A stretch of 64,000 nt of DNA from Azolla caroliniana (lineage: Eukaryota; Plantae; Polypodiophyta). Under the pieces are notes generated by a model that ran no database searches, was not told the DNA's origin, and saw only the letters and a program-made list of their open reading frames with translations. A program made the position numbers and the translations under genes. Positions 37,801 to 51,069 of the stretch are shown here, piece by piece. Position 1 is the stretch's first letter; every line of letters begins with the position of its first letter. Where the stretch lies: contig JBHGNT010000003.1 in assembly GCA_043228905.1 (NCBI GenBank), positions 3,968,001 to 4,032,000 on the forward strand, in the 5' to 3' direction.

Positions 37801-38411
37801 GTCTCGACCTTCACCCACACACTACAATCCTTCGTCACTGGCTTGAGGGGGAGGAACCAAGATTGCCTCGAAAAGGCCGAAGAAAACCGAAGGCTGAACG
37901 AAAGCACACGAAGCCAACGAAAGCCAAAGCGGATGTCGAATGCCTCACACTTGAGCTTGAGGGGGTGTGTTGAGAGATCAAGCTTAACTTAGTTTAGGTA
38001 TTTAGTCAACCATGTAACTTCGTAGTTACCTCGATAGAATCTAGTTAGGAGTGCTGACTATAACGCCTTAAATAGGATTTTGTACTTGAGTGGGATTCAT
38101 TGTAGATCTTCCACTCCATGTTCATTTAATATAGGACTTACATGTTTGTACCTATATTCAACTCACACATGTGCACCATTGCACATGAGATCTATATATA
38201 TACCTCATTGAAGGTATTTTTGTAACTTGATGATACTTGATGATTCTAATTTAATATAGAGTTAATCATCCCCCATCTTGTGTTGTTCATAAGTGTACTT
38301 CTCTCTCTCTCTCTTCCTCTCACACACATACACACACATATCACATAATCTTCTACTTAATCACATAATTAGGTACTAATTAACCCTTGCTTAATTACCT
38401 AATTCTTAACA
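34823..38411 (+). mobile_element. Internally deleted, degenerate Ty1/copia element
   Basis: LTRs at 34823-35278 and 37968-38411 (diverged); TSD CTTTC; PBS TGGTATTAGAG; PPT GAGGGGGTG; gag, protease and integrase with stops; RT and RNase H largely absent. Confidence 0.93.
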
Positions 38412-39628
38412 CTTTCAAGAGAACATCTTTCCACCTTGTCATGATCACATCTTCCTTCCCTTCAATTGTAGATCTTATTTCGGCATTTGCCTTCACTAAA
38501 ATCTCTTTTTCTGTTTCAAGACTCAACATTTTTCTTTCTATTTCAGGCATCCTATTATCTTGTATTTGAACAATCATGTTCTTCATTACATGTAGTTCTT
38601 CACGCAAAGTTTTAATCTCTAATTTTTTCATTTCTAGTGTACGTTCAAGAGTTAATTCTCTCTCCTTACAAGCATACATTTCGCTTTGTATATGCATCAT
38701 TGTCTCTTGCAATGAGATATACAGAGTTGCGATCTTTTCTATTGACAAAGTATGCATTTGATTGTTTGGGCTTTCAATCACATTATCATTGACTTTTACT
38801 CCTCTTGGCATATTTGCTATTAATAAAATGATAGAAGATAGAATGTAACTTTCAATCGATTTTGGGTTTTAATCGATGCATAAAAATGAAACCACGGAAA
38901 AAACAGAAATGATAGAGATTATGACATTGGAGATTGTTGTCATCATTGTTAATAGACATATGAGGATAAAAACAAGCAAAAAACAGAAATGATAGAGATG
39001 ATAATATTGGAAATAGAAAAACAAAAAAAAATCATAAAGAGCATACGCGGAAAAACAAAAAAAAAATTAGAGAAACAAAAAAAGAAAGTTTCTATTTGTA
39101 TACCTCTTATTTATCTTCCACAATACGGGTACAATCGGAGAACCTTAATTCTTTACTCTGCCAGGGAAGTGCTCGTTGAGGGAAGAAGCTAGACATAGGA
39201 AATATCAATTTTGAATTTCCCCCCCAAAAACCGCAAAAAACATTCTCTCTCTCTTACTTTTCATTTTTGGTTTTTTATGGTTTTTTTACTTTTCATTTTT
39301 TCTTATTCACTTTTCTTTTTATCTGTGTTTGGACGGCCTTCATCATCCAAGATTCCTGAGACGAGTTCAAGGTTGTCCAAGTCCTAAATTCACTCATTCT
39401 TCACATTTATTAACTTGAGGTCGAATAGAGATGAGGCTCCAAAACCCCAATTATTTACTTATCACGAAGAAAAGTACTTATCGAATAGTAATAACGGAAA
39501 CCAATCATTGCTCTTCCATCTTCCCTAATCCTACCAACTTCTTAGTGCCTTCATATCTAAAACATCTAGAATTCGACCATTTCTAAGGTATCGATCAAGC
39601 TTCATAGAGTCTATTCACACTATGAATG

Positions 39629-40422
39629 TGTGAAAGTGTTTTTAGAATTCAAGCCATTGAACATTACAAGAATAGAAGGTATGGAGCATTCCCATTTGAA
39701 GGCAAAGAACACGAACCAATATCTTAAGAAGAAGTCAAAAGTAAAAGCAAGATACATAAAGAAAAGTAAAAAGAGAAAAAGCGGGCCATAAAAAACAGTA
39801 AAAAAGGAATGGTCATAACTCTCTTGTTTGGAAGCCAAATGTTGTGTGCAAATATGGGTTAGAAAGCTCTCAACGAGAGCTATCGGTAGCGTTTTAAATC
39901 TATAAATTTGGAGCTCGGATGAGGGAGATATGTGGATGACAAGAGAATTATGTCGAAGCTAAAAATAGGAGATAAAAAGCTTCTAAAAAAAGCGTGAACG
40001 AGGAGGAAGAAGAAGATTATAATAGAAGGGACAAAGAGGGAGGAGTAGGAGGGATGGGTCCTAATAGAGGAGGAGGAGTCTTAGAAGGAGGGGTCCGAAT
40101 AGAGGAGGAGTCTTGGGAAGAGATGTCTTAGGGGAAGAGGAAGGGTCTTAGTAGTGGGTTTGAGTGATTGGAAGTAAGAAGGTCTTTGGTTTTTTAGTTC
40201 AATGTGGAGTTTATCTCCTTTGTATGGTCTTGATAATTGAATATTATAACATTCTTACCCCTTTCTCATCTTCTCTATCTTTTGTGTTAATTTCTTGAGT
40301 CTCCCTCTCTAATTCGTAGTACTTGGGTCGTTATAATCTATTTTAATTCACAACTCTCTCTAATATGCTTGGTCAAGCCCTCATATTGTGTACGGCAATC
40401 CTTTGTCTTATACATCCTATCA
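39629..40422 (+). mobile_element. Solo LTR
   Basis: TG...CA ends with TSD GAATG (39624-39628 / 40423-40427); the empty site is visible in the paralogous sequence at ~9045-9080. Confidence 0.85.
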
Positions 40423-40554
40423 GAATGCAAGATGTATTACTCAAGGGTGATGTTCAAGTAGTTGCGTCTTTGATTGCTACATGCCAAATTAACATTGTTG
40501 AGGCAAAAGGTGAGCTCAAGTCACAAACACTATATATATTGAAGGTTTTTGGTG

Positions 40555-41320
40555 GAGATTACCCTAAAGCTCAAAGGGTATGGAACAAGGTGACTCACCT
40601 CTTAGCTGCCTACAAAGTGGAAGGGACAACATCGTTGAGTGCAATGGCCTACATCAATCCCTCGGCTAATAGCTAGATGGACAGATTCAATACAGGGAGT
40701 TGATGCTATGAATGCACTCTGAAGAGGTGAACTCGTCAAGACCTATTTTGAGAGAGGCTTGAAGTCCGCATCCCCTCATTTATGTGAGATTTGGATGTTG
40801 ACTACAAGCTTCACCCTTTGGTATGTATGTGAAGCATGTTGTGTAAAGGTCTTCCAAGATCTGGTACATCCTTGGTGGAATTGATCATGGATATTTGGTT
40901 CGTGATTATTAGCTGCCTATGAGTGTAATTGGGTGGGGTTTGTAGCCACTTTGACCACGTGGTGATTGCTCACTTATGCTTTTAGTAGAAATGGAGGAAC
41001 ATGCCGATGGTGACGCAAGGAGGAAATGGTCCAAGGTGGAACTACGCCCCCATAATGGTTGTTTCCTAGTCATCTCTCACAATCTCTCCATTGCAAGCCG
41101 AAAGATTGGGCTCGCATTGGCCAACGATGATTGTCACTAGTTTATAGCTCTAGACACCAACTTACAATTAAGTGGAAAGTAAGAGAGGATATGTACGTAG
41201 TCTCATATTCTAAACTCGACTGGAGGGTGATTCCTGTTGTCTTTTATAGTCAGTCTATAAAAATCTCTCCTACCTAATGGGAAAGTTGCAGTTTTTTTGG
41301 AAAAATAAAAGAAAAGAAGA
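40555..41320 (+). mobile_element. 5'-truncated L1-type LINE, same family as 3160-3860
   Basis: Colinear similarity through CTAATGGGAAAGT and an A-rich tail at ~41301-41320. Confidence 0.7.
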
Positions 41321-42273
41321 GCAAAGGGTATTTTTGAAAGTACTCATGTATATCCTTCCTTGACTTTTAAGAATGCCCTATATTCTTTAACATAACTCTT
41401 TAAATCATAGACCTTCATAATATTCATGATATAATCAGATAAGTGTCTATAGCTCTAAACTTATAGACACAAATTTTGTGGTATAGTCAGGTAAGTGTTT
41501 GCAGTTCTAAATTTATTTCCTTTGCATATTGTCATCATACCATAACCATATTCCTATCAATTATTCAAATGTCGAAACAACACTACTTTACTACTTTACG
41601 TTGCAAATTGTAGGGTATAAACATATGACCTTATTGTCCTGATTTGAAATCCCTAGCAATCAATGTAAATATACTTGGGTTTTCATGCCCTAACCTTCCG
41701 ACACAAAATAGCCATTTTCATTATGAGGAACTACAACAAAAGAAATGTGCAATAAACAAGTGCAATTGCACAATTTTGTGGGATGTATTTGTCAACATGG
41801 CCCAAGTTTAAATGTTAGAATTTCTGGTTTTTATTCATTGTTATTAGAGGAATTGCTAACCGGGAGATTTATAAAACCCACCGTGTGATGTGTCATACAA
41901 GTATAATAACATATAGAATGTATTGTTCCTCAAATAAAGCACTACTTCATGCACAACACAAAGTTTACGTAATGCTTCTAAGGGATACAACATGATTTCC
42001 TTCGCAATGTGTTGATTACCATATATATATATTTGAAATTAAGTAAATCAAATGCATTACTTACAAACAAGGAAAATGAAACATTTCACAATTCTGATTA
42101 TTTGAGAATACAAAATTAAGCTTAATTATTATATATTATATTATAGGAATAATGTTTTTAACTCCAAAAGTCCAAGTAGATTTGATAACTAAATGGATGA
42201 AAATTTCGAATACAATTTCAAAAAAAGGCTTCATAAACCAAGGAGAGAATGTTTCTAATAATTTACTTTAGCT

Positions 42274-45200
42274 TCATCGGAAGGACCTTTGTTCTTCATA
42301 GTGTTTCTTGCATAACCATGCAACTCGAGTACCCCCGTCTATTTTGGCACGCCATAGACAAAACTTCTCAGCTATGTTTTGGTCTGTCACACCTCCATTC
42401 TCTTCTAATATGAATGCCAAGCATGTTTGCCATTCTTTGAAATACTCTGATGTACTTGGACATTCGTAAGAGGTTTTCGATGAGGTAGACATATTATCAA
42501 ATTTGGATTTAATAATACTTGAGATCATAGGGTGCTCTTTCGCTAGTTTGAGGTGGGCTGTCCAATCAGGTATGAAAGAGCTTGCAAGTGGAGCCACAGA
42601 ATTAAGACCGAGCCTAATAGCTGTAGTCAAGACAAAAAAGAAAAAATTAATGTATGGAAGAACTTTGTGTAGACTCTCTGAACGAGACTTTGACCAAGAC
42701 GTGAGGGTGATTCCCGGTTGGTTTTCCACGGGATGTGGTAATGTTGCATGCTCACAATACAAATGGATATTTATGGATAATGCTCCAAGCAATGAAGTTA
42801 CCAAACATTTTACGTTCTTGTCATGATCATTAGTTGTAAGCATGGCGACACATGGGAGTTGCTTCTCGGCCTTGTTCTCCATAGCCAACGTTAATAGGTT
42901 ACATATAGATTTCTCAACCTTGGTCATGACATCTTTCCTCATACATTGAAGTTCATGATGCATTGCATCCATCTTCTCTAAGAGCTCTTTATGATTGGCG
43001 TCTATCACATGATATAAAATTGAGATTGCCTTTGCCATGACCTTGATAGATCGCACCTCAACATTAGTTGCCGCCTCCAATGTTTGATCGTCTAGATGTT
43101 GCAACAAGCTATTTTCCAAGATTTCAGTTGTCATATTTTGTTGGCATTGTTGTTCCCTAGTTATGTTCATTTCATCATTCTCAAAGTACAATAATGGATT
43201 TTTGGCCTCTTGTTCAAGCCATGCTTTACATGACATGAAAACTTCCTCGTAATGCTCGGAACCAAGAAGATCAATGAAATCATTTTTGAGATGACCATGC
43301 ATTTGCTTCCGAGTTCGTTTCCAATCATAAGATACGGGCTCACCTCGTTCAACTTTTTGTCGAAGTTGTAGCTTCAAATAAGTTATTTCCACACATTGAT
43401 CTTCTCTATCTTGTGGCCTTGATGGATCATGCAAAGAGTCAGGTCGGATGGCACTCTCAATTAATTTAACCCCTTGGATGCCAGTGGGTTGTGCACATAT
43501 TGTAAGTAAGGTGTTGATAACATGCTTTTCAACATAAGCTAAGGTCGTCGATGCATGACTTTGTTGACTATTGATTGGATTATCAGCCCGAATGAGGACA
43601 TCTATGACATGCTCTGATTTGGCTTTGCAGAACACAATGATTATTTCTTTATCAGGAAAACAAATGTATATGAAATCTTTGCCCAATGTGACCTCCGAAT
43701 TATTGTCCCCAAATGATTGGAAGGCATTGCTAAATAAGACTTGAATCCTCGGAAACAATCCTGGTGTAAGAAAGGTGAGGTTTTGGTCTTCACATTGTAG
43801 CCTTCTACCCATGTATAGGAAACTATCATTATAATTATCATTTACATTGTGCGTGGACGTTGATGATCTCCATTGAAGTTGTTGTACACCTAAGCCATGT
43901 GTTAATAAGGCTGGGATAAAGATACAATTCACATTGCTATCGGGGACACCATGGTTAATTGCAACTTTGCAGCATAGGTGCATTGCTTCCATCAAATCTA
44001 TTAGTAATGAGCCCTTAACTGTAGATCCGGTAAAGGATTCCAAAAGCCCCTCCAAGAAATGTTGCGGGGGGTATCCAGTGTCAAATACAATAGTACCCTT
44101 AGATGCTTTAGAGTTTGAGAAACCAATGAGGCTTCCCATTATCTGATTGCAGAACCAATTGGGATCAAGAATGATGTGGCTGATTCCGTTTATGTATATG
44201 ATATTACCGGACTCATTCAAGGACAAGGCGATCGCATTCAGTTTAGCTTTGTCGATAGAAAATTGGATAGGGCATAATTTGCTGAACTTGTCCCATGTAA
44301 TGACTCTTTCATTTGTGTTCTTCAAATGATTGGAGAGACGTTCGCCCACTTTTGTGTAGATGTTGTACACCTCAAGACCTTGGAGCATCTCTTTGGCAAT
44401 GCTGAAGATACATTCCACTACATCCTTGACTGAATCCTTCTTTCTTGCATCCACTTCGAAAGAAGGATTGACAATTTCGATCACCCCTTTAAAATCTGAT
44501 CGAAGCGAATCAATGGAACGTGACAGAGAGCGAGAGAGAAACCGCATTTGATCTGCTCGAGTGAATACCACGATCACTTTGAGAGCTATGTTGGACTGAC
44601 GGCTTTTGGAGGCAAGGAACCTGAGCCAGTACCTGAAGCTGGCTTCGAAGTTGGACTCTGTTTTCTCCTCTCCTTTCTTATGATTTTTGCTGTCCATGGG
44701 GCTCCAAACGAAAGTAAACATGGATGGAAGCTGATAAGAGCTGGTTCCAATGTCTGGAAACATGCAATCGTGGAATGCATGGAACTCTTGTTGGCCTGCC
44801 ATGTCCCACAATGACACTCGAATTCCATGTCTTTCAATGGATCTCACCTCGATTCCTTGCGTGCGACTCTGTACAGGAAACATGGCTCTCATCTTATCTC
44901 TTTTAAGTGCGCTGTACATGGAGCGCATGGTGGATACAAGGGTAGTCTTTCCTGCACCAAACAAAATGCAGTATAAGTGTGAGTGTGTGTTTTTCCTCAT
45001 CAATTTAGTTTTTTTGATTTTTAAAATTTTGAATGTGGTCATCTCTTTCCTGCGAATGGATCTCCACAGATGAATAATCGGATGGATGTTGCGCGCACTC
45101 GCGTCGAATCTGATCCCAGCATGAAATCGCGCTGGTTCCTCTGCAGCTGCGCCTCAATGGCAGGGACCTTCATTGGAGAAGAAGGCAATCCAATTTGAAA

Positions 45201-46235
45201 GAAAGGAAGGCATGACCGGGAAAGTCCATCCACCACCGCAGCAGTAGCAGATCGGCTTAATTGGTCGACTCTGAAGTAACCTAATTGAAGGCTGTATAAT
45301 CGAGGAGGTGATGAAGGGGTGTTGGCAGCTGTCTCTGCCTCCTTCTTTGGCGGTGCGAGGTTGTTCATAAAATTGATTAGCTCCTTCTCCTCCATGAAAC
45401 CGAGAAGAGAGAGCTCTTTGAGCTGGGGCCAGTGGCGCAGGAAACCAGTGCTTCTCTTCCAGTCAATGGGATAACCGGAATGTATGTGCAATCTGTGGAG
45501 GGAGGCTGCGAGGGGTGAATGTGAGGGATGAAGGTCTGCCAATTTCCCTACAAACTGTTCGGACACTTTGATTGTATACCCATCAAACTCTGAGAGGGAT
45601 GAAGGTAAGGGAAGAAGCTCGAGGGTAGTGAGGGAGGTGAAGTCGCGCAACATGGCTACGCACTCATCATCATCGCCAATTTTCATGCACTGAAGGGAGA
45701 GATGTTTGAGGCGTTTATTTTTCTTGAGGGCACTCAGAAGACCAGGAGTATCCCTGAATAAACTTTCTCTGATGAGGAGGCTGCTGGGGCCTTTATCACG
45801 ATCTGCAGCGAGAGAGAGAGCCTCCACCCAACCCCTCTCCTCTTCGGTTGGAATCGTTCGGTTGAGGAGATGGACCGCTCGGCCGGTGAGATTGGCGGCA
45901 GCCGTGAGGATGGCCATCCGTTGTTGTTTTGTAGTGATGTCTGTGCTCAAATCGAACATCATGTCTCTGCCCCCCCATTTCCAAGCTCCACGTTTTACCC
46001 CTTTTTCATCATCACCATAGGACGCATAAAATACATTCTGCCACCATGAGTTATCAACGAGGAAGAGGTTCTCAACATCGGGGAGATTAATTTGCAGATC
46101 AGGAGAGACCTCAAGATTTTGTTGATGGTTGAGTATGACTGCTTTGGATTTCTCTAGCGCTTCTCTGATCTCAGCGGATTCCCACTTCGTGTCGATGGAT
46201 TGGTGAGGGGGTGGGAGGAGGTGAGGCTTCTCCAT
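42274..46235 (-). CDS. TRN1-like: TORNADO1-like LRR-Roc-COR (ROCO) protein, copy C; join(exon 1 45050-46235, exon 2 42274-44951), ~1287 aa
   Basis: Both exons open; removing the 98-nt intron 44952-45049 rebuilds the P-loop LFICGDPFAG-KTTL; G2 RTQGIEV, G3 WDMAGQ, G4 TRAD, G5 VDAR; RI-like LRRs; COR; coiled coil; VAWLCKKHY. The donor reads GA, so splicing is unproven. Confidence 0.85.
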
Positions 46236-46488
46236 TGATTGAATGAATGGAATGAACGTGTGGAGGTAATGGATGAAAGCAAATAATGGAAATTTAAGGA
46301 TGAGTGAGTCTATGAAAGTTCAAGGATGGGAAATTATGTGGAGGAAAGTTATGTCGATTCACTAACTTCGTATCTCATATAATTATAACAAATGAAAATG
46401 TTAGTTTTAGTGAAAGCTAACTGATGATAATGTCATTGAATTAAGTTTAGCGACAAATATAACAATTATTGAAACAATCCAAACTCAA

Positions 46489-46499
46489 ACACACACACA

Positions 46500-46539
<40 letters not shown>

Positions 46540-46678
46540 CACACACAGTGCTTTTTTGGACCCATTCGGCCATTAGCGTGTTTGATTTAACTCAATTTAA
46601 ACTATACATACATATACATATAAAGTTGAGATAGAGTTTAACATCCCATCAAATTTCCTACAAAATAGATCCTAACAA

Positions 46679-46727
<49 letters not shown>
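46489..46727. repeat. (CA)n(CT)n and (TA)n microsatellites upstream of ROCO copy C
   Basis: Dinucleotide runs at ~46489-46546 and ~46682-46727. Confidence 0.9.
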
Positions 46728-46730
<3 letters not shown>

Positions 46731-48099
46731 GGAAGAGCAAACGTGTTGTAACTTGGTTAAACTTTGATTCTTCAAACATAAGGACACTTCGATTATTTTC
46801 ATCTAAATCAATTTAAATAGAAAAGAACGAATATATACAAGGATCATTAAGTATGACGTTGGCCTAAGCAAAAGGTTTGAATTGAATGGGTTTAAGTTTA
46901 TGATGCTTATGCCCATGTATGAGAAGAATAAAGCTAGATTTGACCCACTAAACAAGGAACCTAATGATGAATTTTGATGAAGCACATTCCACCATTGGTT
47001 GTGGAGCAACTATATTCATAGGTCACTTTTTGGCTTGAAGCTTACAGTTCTAGGAACTAGTAGTGATCTACAGTAATTGATTTGGATTGATATCGACGTG
47101 ATGTCATAACTATTCCATGTCACGATCTTGGCCTAGGTCGCGTGGTTGGGCTGGGTCTATGCAAGCTCTCTAATGTATCCACTTCCGTTACAATATTGGA
47201 GTGTTGAAGAAGTCAAAGAATGTGGAGTGCATTTGGCAATGTGCAAAACTAAAAATATAAATAATAAGTTCAATGGTCACCAAAACTATCGACATTGCCT
47301 TTGAATTTCCCATCCTAATTTATTAAAAATACCACCAGTATATATTTCAAGGTCTACTTAGATGTGTTATATACCAAGGTTTCTTTCTTACACTAAGAAC
47401 AATTCATATTCATGAAAAGAAACCTTAGATATAATGACTTCTACATTCATGTAATACCATTCAAGACACTCTACTCCAACTTCAATGGCTCAAATAATGC
47501 TCAAGTCTTACAACTAATTATAATGACCGTCACAACCAACACATTAACCTTAAGAAAAGGTTACATAAGTCTAAACTTACAATCAAAATAATATCAATAA
47601 TTATTGGTTAGTTCCTACGTGTTTAGCCCAAAGATTAAGGTATTAAAGTGTAAACTAGCTTAAGCAGAATATGTATATGAAAGGGGCATCTAGGATGTTC
47701 AAATGCTTCACATGTAATTAAATATTTGAACACGCACGATATTGTTGCCTTTCTAGTGGCACTCACATCTTCGTATAATATGCATGATTATGGCCTCAAC
47801 ATCTTTCAAATACCATAGATGATCAAGACGATCATACAAACACAGTATCATTATATGTTAGAATTCAATATTTTCACCTTCAGCATCATAGAATTGTTAG
47901 GGATCACAATCAAAATAGACTTAAGCGTCACTAGTTAATGTGGCTCTTGCAAGATGTTCCAAACATGTTGGAAAGGGTGTGTGAGCATTTTGATCGCTAA
48001 TGTCTATTTAGTATCATGATCTCTATGACAGATATAAATATATTTAGAGATGTGCCCAAAACAAATGAATCAGGACATGGATTATTATAGCTAGAGAAA

Positions 48100-48194
48100 C
48101 TGAGGTGTTAATGGTGATGTGAGGTTGAGGGTTTGAGTAGAGCTGATCTCGATTTCTCACACTCTTCTTTCTGATCTCATCGGATTCCCACTTC
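48100..48194 (-). pseudogene. Small relic of ROCO exon 1 N-terminus
   Basis: GAGTAGAGCTGATCTCGATTTCTC...TCTGATCTCATCGGATTCCCACTTC matches 13520-13545 and 46164-46188. Confidence 0.6.
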
Positions 48195-49714
48195 ATTCAG
48201 AGCTTTTACATCATCATCTTAACAGATCTATTTCGATTCCAATCTATTTCATTCAAAACTTATTTCTTTATATTGTGGTAATTAGCTAAGTTGCATCTAA
48301 TGCACTAATGTCTTAATTAACTTTCTCATCAATTAGTGGGATTTCTGTATCCATTTCAATGAAACGTGTCAGAATGCTTTATGTTGTTTCTGATGGCAAG
48401 GATTAGATGGGTTTGTTTATAAAGGTACATCAGGGTTGGATAATGCATGGTTTTATGTGCGGTTGTGAAGTTATACTAAGATTTGATGGATTTGCAGCCT
48501 GTGTTATGTTGGTTTGTTAAGGTAGATTAGCGTTTGACGGAGTCCTATTTTAACAAAGATTTCGTGATGCTCTTTTGTGGATTATGAAGGCAGATTAGGT
48601 TAAGAGAAATGTAAGGTTTATGTGGTTTTCTGAATGTAATTATGCATTTAGATGGATTTGAGAAGAATTTGCAAAATGGTTTAGCCATGGTGAACGCAGA
48701 TTTAGAGAAGATAGGGTAGGTTTGGACAAGTTACATGCTTTCGGTTGCACAAGATTTGATACAAGGTAAAACAAGTTGCCTGTGTGATTGCTGTATGCCA
48801 AGTTAACATCATGGAGGCAAATGGTGAGGTCAAGTCACAGACACTGTATGGATTATGTATGATAGCATATGCTCTGTATCTCCCCATCACGATGAGTAAG
48901 AAAGTCAGTGCATTATGATTAAACCAAAAAGAAATTTTAGCTGTTCCAACAGTAAATTAATAACCGACAGAGAAACGTAAAACAGTCAAAATTTGCTGTT
49001 AATGATAAGGCCATACGATTGAGACATTCGCCGGTTGGCATAATCAAATACAAGGGTAAAATGTGTCAGCATTTAAGCACACAGAGAATACCTGTGCAAT
49101 ACTGTGACATGTCCATCTTCTGAGCACTCTTGTTCGGGATAAGGGCATACATATACAACAAAGATACACACCCGCACACTACAATGGCTAAGGAACAACA
49201 ATAGATTGTTTAACAATCGCTATATAGGTCAGTCTCCGGTTAGGTACTAGCTACATAAATCTAGATTTAATTTTCCCATGATTTTACAATATATGTATTG
49301 CCTGAGATACCGTTATTCGTCGGACATGGAATACTGTTTTCCAAGATCTTGCAATATATGCATAACCTGAGATACCATCATTTGTCAGCCATGGAATACC
49401 GTTGGTGTATCTACTTCAGGTCAAATATTGAGGCTAACTAAATGTGGTGCTTCCATATGCGTTATGGATGTTGAAAATTTCAAAGTTTTTATGGATGTCC
49501 TAGTTCAACTTAACCTCCAAAAACGATAATATGTAAAGTACATCTTTCTCTCACTCACTGATAAAAGATTCGTTTTGAGAGCTTCAACTATTTGAATCGT
49601 TTTATACTCATTTTATGTGCCTCTGTACATATTTTCAGAGACACATTATGGCTGAAACTAACCTTTTTGTTAAGACAGTTACTGGAGGAGAGGAAGAATT
49701 TTCCTTACATCTAA

Positions 49715-50045
49715 TACCCTAATATTGATAACCCAAGAATACTGATCAACCACTCTTGCAAGTTACAACTTTGCTTGAGAGGAAGTTATGCACTTGATGC
49801 AACATACCTAGAAGAGACATTTAATAAGAAAAAGACATTGTACACTTAATTCAAGTAGATAAATGACCTTGATTAGTATCAATGTTTAATACCCTAATAT
49901 TGGTAACCCAAGAGTACTTGTCAACCATTCTTGCAAGTTACAACTTTGCTTGAGAGGAAGTTGTGTACTTGATGCCCCAACATACCTAGAAGAGACATTT
50001 AATAAGTAAAAGACATTATTGTACACTTATTGAAGTACACAAACA
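49715..50045. repeat. Tandem duplication of ~175 bp, homologous to the 3' flank of copy A (~10255-10320)
   Basis: TAATACCCTAATATTG...CAACATACCTAGAAGAGACA...ATTGTACACTTA occurs twice. Confidence 0.85.
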
Positions 50046-50250
50046 ACCTTCAGTAGTATTAGTTAAAAACAAGACAATTATTCTTAGTTTCAAAATCCCA
50101 TCTAAGTTCAAAAAGGGAATATACAATTGTTTACAATAAATATCCACAATACGCCTTTCTCTTTAAACCCACAAAACGAAGATATAATTGTGGATATTTA
50201 TTGTGGATATTTATTGTAAACAATTGTATATTTATTGTAGCTATTGTAAA

Positions 50251-51069
50251 CAAGGCGATGGCATTTAATTTACTTTCATCACTATTGCAGATTTCTTGGA
50301 ATTTCGTCCATGTAATGATTTGTTCTTTTGTGGTCTTGGAATGATTGAAGAGATTTTTGTTTACTTGCGTGCAGATGTCGTAGAGCTCAATACCATGGAG
50401 CACACCTTTGGCAATGTTGAAAATACATTCTGCTATAGGTTTGACAAAATCCTTCTTTCTTGCATCCACATCAAAAGGCGGGTCCACAATATCAATCACC
50501 GATTTGAATTTTGATCTAAGTGACTTAATCGAATTTGAGAGAGAGCTCGACATGAAATCAATTTGGTCTACTCGTGTGAATACTAGGATCACTTTGAGAG
50601 GAATGATGGATTGGCAACTTTTCGAGGCGAGGAATCTGAGCCAATACTTGAAGCTTGTTTCGAAGTCGGACTCTTTTTTCACTGCTCCTCTGATGTTACT
50701 TTGGCTATCCATGGGACTCCAAACAAACATGAACATGGATGGGAACTGATAAGAATTGGTTCCTATGTCTGGGAACATGCAATCGTGAAATGCGTGGAAC
50801 TCTTGTTGGCCTGCCAGGTCCCACAATGACAGTCGCATTCCATCTTTTCTGATTGCTTGCACCTCGATTCCGTGTGTACGATCTCCAGTAAACAGGGTGG
50901 TCCATAGGGTTCTCAGCCTATCCCTATTTCGCCCATACTTGGAGCCCTAGAGAAACAAGGTGGTCCACATGGCTCTCGCATGATCCCTCTTTGGCCCATA
51001 CATAGAGCGCATGGTAGATAGAAGGGTAGTCTTTCCTGCGCCAAGCAAAATGTAGTGCAAGTGTTAGTG
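50251..51069 (-). pseudogene. ROCO copy D fragment (intron 3' end and Roc domain only)
   Basis: Branch point CACTAAC and acceptor at 51036, then GKTTLL; short internal duplication with in-frame TAG; WDLAGQQEFHAFH, TRVD, VDAR; ends at LNAIAL. Confidence 0.88.

Larger units (their letters stand above)
32290..39240 (-). mobile_element. Decayed LINE (coiled-coil ORF1 plus APE endonuclease), interrupted by a copia element and a solo LTR
   Basis: ORF1 at 38412-38811 continues below 34822 as ..EIERRKNNIVSRG; APE motifs MKVMFWNCRG, IVACYIP, VVDY...SYHKPL. Confidence 0.75.

Noticed and set aside
45039-45042. Bacterial operon reading of the ATGA overlap
   Set aside because: The P-loop forms only by splicing, a branch point and acceptor are present, and the context is plant TEs.
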